This document shows, piece by piece, positions 1 to 12,584 of a DNA stretch of 64,000 nucleotides. The stretch is from Rhynchobatus australiae. Taxonomy: Eukaryota. The position numbers were made by a program, and so were the translations under genes. The stretch is from positions 44,886,781 through 44,950,780 of the forward strand of contig JAUZTB010000135.1 of the NCBI GenBank assembly GCA_034780895.1, read 5' to 3'. The first letter of the stretch is position 1, and each line of letters begins with the position of its first letter. Under the pieces are notes generated by a model. That model had not been told where the DNA came from. It was given only the letters and a program-made list of their open reading frames with translations, and made no database searches.

Positions 1-499
1 ATAATCTATTTTACCACCTCCGTGAGTAATGTTTATCTCCATAAATACTTAACAAGTATAAACGTTTTGTATATGTACCAATTAGCACTGAATTAGCAAA
101 ACATCAGTTCACAAGATATGAACTGGATTGTCTGACAGATTATTAAATGAGTAATTTGCAGTAGTTACCTTCATTTCTGGTGGTATGACTGTTGGATCGG
201 CAGAGTCTTTCTTGAATGTTGTGTCCCCATATAATTTGCTCAAAATAGCAGCTAACAAGACAAAGGTAATTTGGACAAACAATGTAATGAAAAACAGCTT
301 GTCCAGAAATATTTTTTAAAACAGTGAAAATATTTTTTTTCAAATTCCTGCTTCTTCCTGGGTGGTTGCATTGGAAATGTTGGTGTTGTTTCACAGCTGC
401 GTCCTCTTTTGGTGTGGCCAGATGAGGAGGGGGAGGGAACTTGAAGCCACCCCCTTCCCCAAGAAAGGACATAGTCAAGACACATCACCAAGGATTTGT

Positions 500-1430
500 G
501 GGTCAGTCACATCTAAAATGGAGCAAATTACATCATCGGCACCCTCTAGGTGGCAGTGCAGGTTGTGAGGAGGACTTAGAGAGACTTTGAATTAGATGGT
601 CAAAGACGTGGCAAGAAGAATATAATGTGGAAAAATGTGTGGTCATCCACTTAAGCAGAAGTAATATAAAGGTGAAATACTTTTTTAAAAGGTGAAGATC
701 AAAAAATGTTATATGAACTTGCATACCGTTGTACACAAATCACTGAAAGCTACACTGCGGCTTCAGCAGGCAATTAAGAAAACAAATGCTGTGTTAGACT
801 TTGTTGTAAATAGGTCTGGGTATGAGTATTGAAATGTCTTCCTTCAATTGTATACCTGGTGAAACTACATCTGGAATATACTGTACAGATCTGGTCTCCT
901 TACCTAAATAAATATATGCATTCGATAGAGGGAGTGTAGCAAAATTCACCATAATTCCTCGCATGGTGGGTTTGTTGCATGAAGAGAGATTAGCAGTCTG
1001 GATTTGTATTCTCTGGAGTTTAGAGCTTAGAAGAATGAGAGGTGATCTTATTGAAATGTACAAAAGTCTGAAGGGCTTTGACAAAGTAAGTGCGGAGTTG
1101 ATGGTGAGGTGTCTGGAACCAGGGGTCACAGTCCAAAAATAACCAATTGTTGCTAAGGGGGACAGAAGGCACAGAAATAAAAGAAGGTACTCCAGGTTAT
1201 TGAAGTAACAGAAGGTACCCAGAAATTTCTTTGCACAGAGGGTAGTGAGTCTTTGGACCTTGCAACCCAAGAGGGTTGTAGAGGCTCAGTATATTTGTGA
1301 AAGAGATTGATAGATTTTTATATTTTAAGGTGATCAAGGAATATGGGGCTAGTGAAGAAAGTGGTACCAAGATCTAATTGAATAGCAGAGCAGGCACAAG
1401 GGACAGTATAGCCTCCTCCTGTTCATATTT
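500..1430 (+). mobile_element. CR1 LINE, 5'-truncated, decayed
   Basis: CR1 ORF2 C-terminal pattern (gaatataatgtggaaaaatgtg…agaatgagaggtgatcttattgaa…ttctttgcacagagggtagtgagtctttgg) plus 3' tail. Confidence 0.85.
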
Positions 1431-2906
1431 TTTGATGTTATTCTATCCTTGAGAAGAAAGAGTAAAACTTCATTGAGTTCTTTCAGACAATTAAAACTAC
1501 AATGTGACTATAAGCCTGTGCTGATGGTTCAAAGACTTAGGCCAAAAACTACAAATGTTTTTAAATCAGAGAAATTGTTATTAATAGTTTTCTAGAGATG
1601 GTTATGCATTGCTTTGCAATTTCTGTAATGGGTTCTGGCATCTCTGTATCAGCATTTTGGCTGCAGGCAGTGAGGACTGATTATTTACAGACTGACAATT
1701 GACAATATTTCAATGCATAAAACTTTTGATTTGCATATTCATCCAAAGTTTGATTAAAAATTCCAGATTAGAAGCAACTACTTTCAGCAAAACCACATTG
1801 GGAAGGATATTTTTCCTTTTTTAACTGAGGGCATTCTGTTGATTCTAGAAAAAATTCTCTTTTTATTCTTTAAAAATAAATGAGGCTTCAATGAAAGTAG
1901 CATCAGAATTAATGATATTCAAGGGCATAAAGAACAACATATTTCTGGATTTCGAGGAGCCATACAATTCTGCAAACCGCTAATCTATATCAATAATGTT
2001 AATTAGGTTATAAAATTATACAGGAGCTGACCTGGAGTTGTGTTAATCTGGCAATGTGCATCTCCATTAACTGATAGGGTTTCACCTATTTTGCTCTGTA
2101 TATTGCACTCTTTAGACCACTGTCAATAAGCCAGGTGAGGGAGGAATGGAATAGCACTTCCCAGTAAGTTGAACAAGGTAGTTTCCGTGATCCTTTCTGT
2201 ATCCTCAACTATGCTCCTTTCAGTGCTTTCTCTTAACAAGTTCAGTGCGTTTCCGCATTGAGCCTGACTGAAATACTGAGCAGGAATGCTACCAAACACA
2301 TACACGCTGCTTCAGAAGAATATGTTTTTTAAACAGTTCAGTGATAGTGGCTTGGAATAAAGTTAAGGGAAAGGATTTCTGCTCTAGTAACAAAACAATT
2401 CCCTGTACCCACATGTGGATAGTTTTGCTGGCTTTTTTCTGCCCTAAATTTTCTTATTTTCCACACCTCATGATAGAATTATTTTTCCAGAGGAATTTGT
2501 TTCTCTGCATTAATCCTCAAGGACCAATTTAATGTCATAAAGATAAAAATAAGATATGAGTAATCAGAAATGGAAAATCATCACTGTGAATGACACACTT
2601 GAATTGCATGGTGGTACTATATCCTTCAAATTGTGTTGTGTCTCCTCTTAAGGATATCTACCATATTTAAATCTGTATCCATTGTATTTCCTGTTCAGTC
2701 CTGGTTCTGAGCATTGTTGCAGTGGCCTAGACACTCAGTACTAGGGACCAAGAAATTGTGGAGCAATGTGGATACTGAGGAATGTGTTGCTCAGCCACTG
2801 TTGCAAGAGGGACGAATAGAAAATTCAATGGGGAAAATTATTCTCCAATAACCACTTGTCACCTTCTTTGATATTGGAGTGGAGCTAAAGTTGAAAGAGT
2901 TACTGC

Positions 2907-3898
2907 TTACTCGTGTTGGAGGAGCTGATCCCTTGCTTTTTGAATTTTGGCCACCGACTCCCTATCGTGAGCAGCCAGGCTGCTGTTGTCGCTAGATTCA
3001 TCAGGGATAACAGTGAAGTACTCCTTACTAATCACTGCACATGTACCACCGTCCGCAGCAATAGGTAAACCAAGGCCATCCGTTTCTGAAGGGCTACCAG
3101 CCTGACAGCAGCCAGCTCCACTGCCGTCCTCGTTTCGTCAGCCAGCGTCTGGAGCACGCTGGTCATTTGCATGACCTTACAGGGCAGTCAGGCTGTGCCA
3201 TACGTGGGGAAGGCTATCATCCAGAAGCTCCCCGCCTCCGCGATGGCCTTCCTGTTTCTGTGGCCGTTGCATGCCGGGTTCTCCCCAACTTCCTCCAGAG
3301 CGTGGATACAGAGCACCACTAACGCAGGAAAGCAGCAGCTGCACCAGCTCTTGCAGAGCCACCGGTAGGCAAAGTAGCCGCAAATCCAGTGGTTCCCGTT
3401 CAAAGTGCAGGGAGCCCCCAGCTTAGCGACACCACCGGCAGTGGTCACGGAGGCACTTTGATACCAGTTTCGCTCACACTCACTATGACCAACTGAAGCA
3501 GTGGAACTGTATTCATAGTAGAGTCTGCACCAGCATTCCCGTGGCTTACTCAGCGTCTGTGGGATGGCTCTGAGGGTGGGGACTTGGGTGGACGTCAGAT
3601 TGTAGGAAGGGAAATACAAGGTCCTGAAACACCCACCCCATCGGGAATCCCTGGAAGGACTTTGCTGCAGTGGTGATGGGAGTGGTGTGGAACTGCCATC
3701 CGCCCCCTCGACGCTCCAAACTGAATTATTGAATCCAACAGGCGCAAAAGGAAAAGGAAAGCCGATGGAAACAGTTTATTCGAAGAGTATCCAGTGGAAT
3801 CTATATTAGTGGTAGAGCTTCACCGGCGTGTGCTGGGGTTCGGACGCAAGGACCACAGTCTGATTCATTGGAGTGCTGGCGAATTCATAAGCAGCTCT
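2907..3898 (-). pseudogene. Endogenous retrovirus env remnant (gamma-type SU-TM), disrupted
   Basis: NESDCGPC (CXXC, 3860-3846)…LPLI*IPL; NGNHWICGYFAYRWL…W…C; RNRK/AI furin-like site (3259-3248); fusion peptide FWMIAFPTYG; ISD LVALQKRMALVYL, then a frameshift, then AADGGTCAVISKEYFTVIPD (decayed CX6CC, 3041-3015). Confidence 0.88.
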
Positions 3899-4110
3899 GC
3901 GCCCTTGTATCTTCTACCAGAGGCTCCATTCGGCGACTGTATCACTGGCTAAGACCTGCAATTCAAAAGGGGCACCTGCCTGGCGGGGAGCAAGTGGCAG
4001 TGGTTGTTCGACAGCTTAATTTGCTGCTTCAAAAGCGGCCTGTTATTCGGGTCCCCATAGGAATGTGGCTGTGTTACGAGAGATTAAGCCATGGCAGAAA
4101 GGGGCTATGA
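3899..4110 (-). mobile_element. Endogenous retrovirus pol fragment (RT connection/tether), ERV-L/ERV-S (class III)-like
   Basis: One frame: RNTATFLWGPE*QAAFEAAN*AVEQPLPLAPRQAGAPFELQVLASDTVAEWSLW*KIQGRR. Matches the class III pattern FEWGPEQ…ALPLGP…PMxLEV…AVWSLWQ. All three stops sit at expected Gln codons. Confidence 0.8.
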
Positions 4111-4396
4111 ATATCTAAATCTACACTGCATGCCAAGGCTTGTCCCGACGCCCTGCAATGGCCTCAGTGGTATCTAGGCATCNNNNNNNNNNNNNNNNNN
4201 NNNNNNNNNNNNNNNNNNNNNNNNNNNNNNNNNNNNNNNNNNNNNNNNNNNNNNNNNNNNNNNNNNNNNNNNNNNNNNNNNNGTCTCCACTCTCAGTCCT
4301 GTTGCAAGGATTCAACCCAAAATGTCAACAATTCCATTCCTTCCACAGATGTGCCTGGCCCGCTGAGTTCTTCCCGCAGATTGTTTGTTGCACTAA

Positions 4397-4975
4397 ATGA
4401 CACTATGTGGTAAGATTTTGTTTGTTCCCTGGCGTTATGAAGGATGGGCCTGGCCACATAACAGAACATTCAGCTGGACCACACTGCACTACCTGTCCCC
4501 CGTAGAAAGGTTTGTGCAGAAGGACGCCTTTGACCACAAGCCAATCAATAAATACATGATCCTGCAGGAAAAGGAGATGGTGGATACTCTGGGATGGTTT
4601 CAAGAGTGGATCATCAACAAACACCAAGACCTTGCTTGGTTGGTGGTGAGAAGGGTCCTTCCCCCAGTCAGAGCCTTCATGCATGAGAGTCTCAGTCACC
4701 ATATTGCCCTTAAGACTATCAGCCATCTCCTTCTGGAGTGTGGGTTGCCAAGAAGATATGGAAAGTGATTTTGGGTCTTTTGCTGAGGTTCATTCCAAAC
4801 AGGCTCGTCCCTCCTGAGGTAAATATTAACTGCTCCTGGAAGATCACTGACTTGGTGAAAGGCACTTTGGTCTGTCTGAAACATGCTGGTCACAAGAAGT
4901 TCTTCACAGCTGTATGCTGCAGGTTGGTACATTCTGATTGGGGTAAAAAATTCAATAGATTCTTTAAACTCTAAG
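4397..4975 (+). mobile_element. Tx1/L1-clade LINE ORF2 C-terminal fragment
   Basis: NKHQDLAWLVVRRVLPPVRAFMH…TISHLLLEC, the zf-RVT-type region of Tx1 elements. Confidence 0.75.
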
Positions 4976-5260
4976 TGTAATTTCTCACCATGTGACCAAC
5001 CCCTCATCGTGATACTTATGCCCCTTGTTTCTAGATTCCCCCATGTGCGCATCTTCTACCTTATCATGCCCTTCAAAATTTTTTATGCTTCAAGACCTCT
5101 CAGTCTTCCAAACTCCAGAGAGTAGAGGTCCAACCTGCTCAACCCTTCTCATAATGCAACACTTTCACCTCAGGAGAAAGCCTAAGAGGTTTTCTCTGCT
5201 TTGTTTCCAATGCAAATATGTCCCATCCTTAAATAAAGAGGCCTAAACCAGGAACAAGTA
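4976..5260 (-). mobile_element. CR1 fragment
   Basis: Reverse complement of the CR1 3' ORF2 pattern (ctactctctggagtttggaaga…). Confidence 0.6.
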
Positions 5261-6609
5261 TACCTGATGGTCTTATTACAGTCATGATGAGAGTTCCATC
5301 TTCATTGCAAACATATCATTTCATTTAAATAATATTCTGCGTTTCTTTAATTTTATATACTGTTGTCCAGAAAGTGGAAGTAAAGCTGGCCGAGATAGGA
5401 TCTTGTGAGATGGACTCAAATGCACTCAATCAAGGATAGAGTAGAGTTTGGAGTGTTCTTTCCAGTGGCCCCTCTCCCTCTAATGAGTTCAGCCCCATTC
5501 CTGTCTCTCAGTGGAGTGAGGCTTTGTGAGTTGCAGCTGTGGATGGCTGATCCTCCTCCGAAGTACCACACACATCATGGCTGTTGGTACACTGATAGAC
5601 CTCTCTCCATCCAATATGTTTTTTAGGTCCCGGATTTTCTACCCATTCCTGTAAAGCTGTCTCTTTGACCGAGCTTTTGATCATCTGCCTTAATAGCTTC
5701 TCGTGCAGCTTATTTTTCAATGCCTCAAATCTATATAGTGTGTTAAAGCACAATATAAATTCAAGATTAAGTTGTTATTAGATGGTAGAAAGAAACTTAA
5801 AAATGAGGGGCACCCTTTGTAAAAAGAACTTTTTTAATCTTTCAAGTCATTGTCTTTTCATTAAGGAAGTGATGGGTATGAGGGACCAAAAGATTGTGGA
5901 GTAAATCCAATGTACCCTAACCCTTAATAAAGGCAATCAAGATATAGACATGTATAGATAATTAGAAATATGTATAAAAGCAGTGAGAAGTATGAAGGTG
6001 GACACATAACACAAAATGAAAGGAATGTCCCCTTCATTCCACACTTGAGGAAATGTTCCTCTGGAGGATATGGGTCTGCAAGTCCTTCCTGGCAACTCAA
6101 AGGTTCAGCTGTTCTTGTTACTGCTGTTTTAGCTGTGAAACCATGCGTATAATAAATGAGTTTTCACTTCAGGTGGCAGTCTTATAGCTGGGTCCTTTAG
6201 CAAATTGTAGCTGTCCAAAATCATGACCCCAGGAAGGAAGGGAAAGAGATTAGACACGATGTACTGAAAGTCTGCTAGTGGCACTGGCCCTCTCTGGTGA
6301 GTGACACAGATGGGAAGATCAGCCCTCCAGTCGCAGAAGTGGGGAAGCAAAGACTTGCCACCACCACATTTTTCTTTGCAAATTATGCAAACTTCATCCC
6401 ACAACAGAAACCATGAAAATCTTAATACTGGCCAGCTCCAAGTGCAATGTATAGTTTCAGATAGTATCATGCACTAAGAAAGCAATGGCAAATTTGTATC
6501 AGCACCATATATATATATGTNNNNNNNNNNCCTGTGCTTAAACCTGAAAATATTTAGGTTCAATCATAACTGAACTAAAACAGGTTCTATCCCCTCTTCC
6601 ATCAATTCT

Positions 6610-6820
6610 TCTGTTATCCACCAAAACCAGAGGTAATTTACATTAGCTAATTAAACTACCAGCCAGCACATCTTTGGCATGTGGGAGGAAACCAGAGCTC
6701 CTTAGGGAAACCCACATGGCCACAGGAAGAATGTTGAAATTCCATCAGTCAACACCCAAGATTGAAATAAGGTCTCTGGAGCAGTGAGGCAGCAGTGCTA
6801 ACTGCTTCATCGCTATGCCA
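6610..6820 (-). mobile_element. HE1-like V-SINE
   Basis: Reverse complement has a tRNA-like head (gcactgctgcctcact) and V-domain (ggtttcctcccacatgccaaagatgtgc). Confidence 0.8.
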
Positions 6821-7289
6821 CCCATTTTGCAACTCAGATATGGAAATTGTCTGTGAACTAGTTTCCCAACTTATTTCAGTGTGGAATGTCTTGCACAGGA
6901 CCAGTTTCATTTGGGGTCACACTCTTCTGTATTTGCAGAACGTAAGTAGAAAAGGCCATTCCTGGGGACTGTTGAGAGCGCTCACTGAGAAAATGGCCAG
7001 GATTTCCCATCCAGAAGCTGTAAACCCACCACTAAGTTATGATTCTAAGAAGATTGATGGAGTTGAACTGAATTCTTATCTTTTTAAATTACGAATTTGG
7101 TTCCATTAAATCGTGTGTTGATGATTGAACAAAGTGTTCTTTCCCAGACATCTTCAATGCATGTTCATGCTTCCCATTCAGTTCCAAGTAGTCACATCGT
7201 TGCAAACCTTCTGTGTAGAGAACAAGCTGGTAAGGATGCAGAGAATAGCCACAGAAACACTCATCTTGTCTAACATGGTTGAGTTTTAC

Positions 7290-7400
7290 CCTCCAATGTG
7301 ATGTGGAGAATCTACCAACACCACAGAGACAGCACCAGGATTGAACCCAGGTTGCTGAAGTTGTGAGGCAGCAGCTCTACTCACTATGCCATTGTGCCAA
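7290..7400 (-). mobile_element. HE1-like SINE 5' fragment
   Basis: tRNA-derived head: ggcacaatggcatagtgagtagagctgctgcctcaca…ctgggttcaatcctg. Confidence 0.65.
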
Positions 7401-7962
7401 CTATATTTATTTGATAAACCAGGCAAAATACCAAGTGATGCATATGGTCCACAATGCATCATGTGGAAGTCAAGCATTTCCTGCTGTCTACTGCAGAAAT
7501 AATATTGTCCTCAGAACATGAAACAATAAATTCAAATGAGCATTAAATTGGTTAATAACCAGAGACATCTTACAGCATTTGAAGTCCAGGGTGTTCCTTT
7601 GAAATAACTTTTCAATGGTTACAGAATCAATCAAACACACAGGAATTCTGTGGGCGAAAGATTTTAAGCACAATTCCCTTCACTATTCCATTAGTGTAAT
7701 CCATTACTTTTGGAGCCTTCTTCCAGTGAGATTTAGAATGAGTGACATTTTAATCCTTTAAGCAGCCGTCACGCCATTTGTTGTGTTTGTGAAATCTCTA
7801 CTTATTCAGCACGTAGGATTCAGCAAGTATCTCTGTTTACAGTGTATTTCCAATGACAATCTTAAACAGGGAGCTCTGGACAGCTTTCAGACTACCCAGG
7901 ATTCTTAAAAATTAATGCATATTCAATCTTTTTCTCTTATAGTATCATTCCAAGTCAAGATA

Positions 7963-8246
7963 TACTCCAGCAAAATTACAGGATTATTGCAGTTTCCAAG
8001 CCGTTATCACCACAAATGGCAGTGATTTTCAAATACCAGTCCCTGGTTCACACTTGAGAAATGTGCAGATCGTGGTACCTGCATGAGCATTGTGCATCAG
8101 TGATCTGGCAAGGTGCCAGCCAATCCATGTTCCACTGCCACATTTTACAGGTGTGAATCAGTGGAGCGGTATTTGAAAACTACTTCTGTTTCTGGTGCTA
8201 AAGGTTAGGTCCTGCAACAGCTTGAAAATGTGTTGGCAGCTGGAGA
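7963..8246. repeat. MITE-like long imperfect inverted repeat
   Basis: gattttcaaataccagtccctggttcacact pairs with ggtgtgaatcagtggagcggtatttgaaaact; arms extend about 100 nt. Confidence 0.7.
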
Positions 8247-9798
8247 AAATTCAAATAATTAAATAAGTCAGGAAGCAAAAAGCTGTTACCAATAATGGTG
8301 ACCAGAGAGCTCCCAAATTATTGTTAAAAAGAACATTGATTCACTAATGTCCTTCAGGAAAGGAAATGTGCTATTTTTACTCTATTTGCCTTCTATGTGA
8401 CTAAGGCTACCAATGATGATGATTCCTAACTGCAGGGATGATTGGGGATGGACTGTAAATGGCAGTATTGTTGATGCCGATATGCAGTGGACGAGTATAT
8501 TCTGTATTTATGATTGATGATGCTGAAAGGGTAAGTATTGGCCTGGGTTGACTAGTCCTGCCTCTCTGTAAGGTGTCGTGGGCTCTTGTACTGTGCCACA
8601 CAAAGCTGCATCTGAAACCTCAGCATCCTATTGGAATTCTTCCAGCCTCTTCACACATCATCCTACAGCCCCACACTCTTCCTTTCCTACTTTAGTAGTG
8701 GAAAGAAAAGATCTTTTCCTGTTGAGTTTCTGGGAATTGTAATAAGCAACAGTAACATCCGACCTTTCTTTCCCTTCATGAACAGCGAGCATCCTTCGGT
8801 AAGCACAATTCACAATGGCAGCTCTCCCGGCTCGTGAGTGTGACTAGTAAGCCAGAAGAGACTGACTTACTCACCTTTTCTCCAACCCATTCCACAAGGC
8901 AGCCATTACCTTCACCTCACACGGGATTTGGGCCATGGAAGTAAAATTGATCCCGCTGTGTTAAAATACGGGAGTGTACATGAGTCATTCCTAAACCCAA
9001 AACAGTCTGAATATAGGAAAGGGAACAATACAGTGCAGTATCTTTCCACTCCAGGCACACTGGCAGGGAGGAGAAATATCAGAAAAAGTTATATTAATAT
9101 AACATGCAAGAGCCAGGAAAAGCTGTGACAAAGAAAAAAAGTTATCAGATCACAAGCTTTTCCTTGTACTGTCAAAAGAGTAGCATTTGAAGCAACTTCC
9201 AGGATATTGAAGTTGTTCAATTTTTGGTCAGAATTGACCTTTAAGTTGAGGTAACGTCTGCTGCAAAGAAAAGTGTTGAGATAGATTCATGATGGAGATG
9301 GAATGGGACAGAACAAAATGAAAATAAAATCCATTGAAAATAAGCACTTGAAGCTGTTTGAGAGCATTGAAAGATTTATCACCACTATTGTTGCCTTTGA
9401 TGGTCAGTAAAATGAGGGGCAGAAGATTGCTTGCCTTCTTTATAAGTTGTTTTATTTTCTTTTCCATTGAAGCCATTCAGAACAAGACATGGCAGAGGTA
9501 CTACAATTGTAATGCTAATGTAGCAGAAAAGTGGTTGAGATTGAAACATCGCTAAACTAATCCCAGTGTCCTGCTCACTTCTGATGGAGAAACCAGAGCC
9601 ATTCAGCCCATTGTATTCTGCTGGCTCTTTGCTAAACCAGGACAAAGGAGGTCAATCAAATCAAATGAGCTTGTAAATTTAGAGGGACCACAAATTGCTC
9701 TGTCAGTGCTGAAGTCGATATGAAATCTATAAGAGAATGAAATTGTCATAAAAGCAAGAACAGTTTTTAAAAGTTGTTTCTTTTTCTCTCCCCAACAG

Positions 9799-9938
9799 GG
9801 AATGATTTAAACTTGACAAAGGTTCCTCGAGCACAGACCTTCCCTAGCTACATCTCAGAACAGAGTCATGAGCACCAACACTTATTATCTCCATCTAGTG
9901 GCTATGGATCAAGCTACAGCTCTGGGCTGGCCCAGTGA
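9799..9938 (+). CDS. DOK6: DOK6 (docking protein 6) last coding exon; upstream exons not found in window
   Basis: Polypyrimidine acceptor tttttctctccccaacag, phase 1. Reads (G)NDLNLTKVPRAQTFPSYISEQSHEHQHLLSPSSGYGSSYSSGLAQ*, matching the DOK6 C-terminus (…SRAQTFPSYAPEQSEE…SSSYGFSYSSSLIQ*). Tail-to-tail with CD226 as in other vertebrates. Confidence 0.92.
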
Positions 9939-12145
9939 TGTGCACCGAACAATGGGAGGAGTCACTGTGAGCTGGGCCATGTGTACTGAGAGAAGCCTGA
10001 ATGGGTAACAGTGAGAGGGCAAGGACTAAATACAGGTGAAACAAAACAAGACTTGGATGGCTTTTGCTGTACTTGAAGCATTCAGGTGATAGACTGAATA
10101 TTCATAGGCTTAAAAATACATCTTTTTTTAATATTAATTGGCTCCCACCTGCTGATAACTACATACCTCCTTGGGAAATAGAGTTTGATGTATAAAAAAT
10201 GCAATGTAGAGTATTTTTAAAATCCAGCTGCTGTAAAACATAGCTTCTGTGTGTAAAACACAATTGTTTGGATAGGTCTAAAAGTGATTGAGTCAAATTG
10301 TCTGTGTCTGCGACAACTGTCAAACAATGCTTCTGTTTCTAATACTAATTCAGGTATTGCTTTCAGATCTGCTCGGCAGTTATTCCCATATATCAAATGG
10401 TTTTTCTAGGAAAAAAATTACCCAGGACTATTTTTTTTTCAACATCAGGTTGCAGTGTTGTTTGATGCTATCTATTTTGTTTATTAAGGTGAATTTTCCC
10501 TGCTGAATAAGGGCTCAATGGTTCAAGTTTGCTGAGAGTTTACTGTGTCCAGGGAAAGGGTGGTGAGGGGTGATGGTGGGTAATGGGGAATGAGTGAGCA
10601 GTTTCCACAGGTTGAATGTGAATTATCTAAGTGGTTTTAAGCTTGCAACAGTTGACAACTACACAAATGAAGAACAAAAGAAGTAAGTCAATTGATAATT
10701 CACCTGATGACAAATGAAAATACATCCTTAATCTGAGTGCAGTACTGTGTCTGGCAAATGTTGGAAAAGCTCTGATCAGAAATGTAGTCTCTTTGTAACC
10801 ACAGGTCGTTACATGTTCTCATTAGGAGAGATTTTTTACTTCAACACTGGCTTTCGGGTAACTGCATCTTTCATCCAATTGGACCGAGAACGTTTAAGCT
10901 CTNNNNNNNNNNNNNNNNNNNNNNNNNNNNNNNNNNNNNNNNNNNNNNNNNNNNNNNNNNNNNNNNNNNNNNNNNNNNNNNNNNNNNNNNNNNNNNNNNN
11001 NNNNNNNNNNNNNNNNNNNNNNNNNNNNNNNNNNNNNNNCAAACTCTGTGAACTGGAGCTAAAAAAACTACTGCTGAAGAGCAACTTATTTACAGTGTGT
11101 TGGCAATAAAACAGAAGCATAAAATTCTGGCATACCCAACAGTTCAAACAGCAACTGCAGGCAGAACCAACAAGTTAGTTTTGATTAAGTGGCTGCACCC
11201 AAAACGTCAACCATGCCGCTTCTCTCCATTGATGCTGCTTGAACTGCTGAGTGTTTCCACCTTCCACTGTTTCTGGCTCAGATTTCCTGGATCTGCAATA
11301 ACTTGCTCCTTGTATATGCTGGGCTTGATCATTATCAATCCGACCCACAGCTGCAGTCAGCCCGACACGAATCTGCAGTTGCAGTTACCTGCTGGGGCCT
11401 GCTGTCCGTCACCCTCACTACTGTCAAAGGCATTTTCACTATTTTTATCTGTCCATAACATCCAGAAATATTTAAAATCAAATTCAATGGGTTGATTTTT
11501 TTACATTCATCCATTAAAAATAATGAATTTAGTTCAATTAAATTAAACTATGTTAAATTAATTTAAAAATATACAAAATGAAATAAAGATAAGTCAACAA
11601 AAAGCTTAATTTGAATTTACTTTCTTTAATGTAGGTTATTGACCCTATTGAAATGAAAATGGTCACTGCCCAGACAGCAGTTTTGGCTGGCATGAAGCTG
11701 AGAGGCCAAATGTGAAGTGTATCTGGCTTCTGGACTCCACAGTGAGTCCAGTAGCAGAGTGGGCAGCAGTCAACTTACAGCATGCTTCCAACTTCCATTT
11801 CGCCATGTGCAGATGTGGAAGCCAATGACACACTGAACAATGGAGNNNNNNNNNNNNNNNNNNNNNNNNNNNNNNNNNNNNNNNNNNNNNNNNNNNNNNN
11901 NNNNNNNNNNNNNNNNNNNNNNNNNNNNNNNNNNNNNNNNNNNNNGTGGAAGCCAATGACACACTGAACAATGGAGGGTGGAGCTCAGCCATGTACCTGC
12001 ATCACTAATGCTAGCAGTGATTGGCTATCAACAATCCCTCCTGAACGCATGTAGTGACTTTTGTTTATAGGAATGTGCACTGCTGCACCTACATTAGTTG
12101 AAAAGAACTGAATTTAAGGATTTACAAGATGGCCTGGAAGATGGA

Positions 12146-12352
12146 GACACAAGAGACTGCATATGCTGGAATCTGGAGCAATAAACAAACTGCTGGAGAA
12201 GCTCAATGGGTCAGGCAGTATCTTTCAAGGGAAATGGACAGTAGACCCTTCATCTGGACTCTGATGAAGAATCTTGATCTGAAACGTTGACTGTCCATTT
12301 CCCTGTATAGATGCTGCCTGACCCATTGAGTTCCTCCAGCAGTTTGCTTGTG
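12146..12352. mobile_element. Penelope-derived fold-back repeat with hammerhead-like core
   Basis: Arms 12186-12242 and 12290-12346 are reverse complements. CTGATGA (12261-12267), then a short stem, then GAAAC (12281-12285). Confidence 0.75.
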
Positions 12353-12584
12353 GCCTGGAAGATGATTAATTCAGGTCACATTTGATATAAATAAACATGC
12401 AGGCCACACCTCCTCACTTCACATATCAGATCACAATTAAAATTTAAATATTCATTATAACATTAAGGTTGATGTAAGACAATCAAAGAACCAAGGAATT
12501 CCTGATATTTTTACACTGCAACCATACAAGAACATTCTACAAAGTGTTACGGACTAGGACTATTAGTGAGTGTCCCTTTTAGAT

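Noticed and set aside
3188-3619. 143-aa env ORF as a domesticated syncytin-like gene
   Set aside because: Flanked by stops and frameshifts, CX6CC mutated to C-X6-YF, no signal peptide or TM anchor.
4110-4182. GRRDKPWHAV*I…FIAP resembling the start of a class III integrase core
   Set aside because: Too short, needs indels, abuts a gap, and the order would be wrong; it could equally be RT thumb sequence.
11815-11976. Exact 31-nt direct repeat on both sides of a 100-N gap
   Set aside because: Most likely an unmerged contig overlap. Only two copies and no array, so not a CRISPR or a supported minisatellite.
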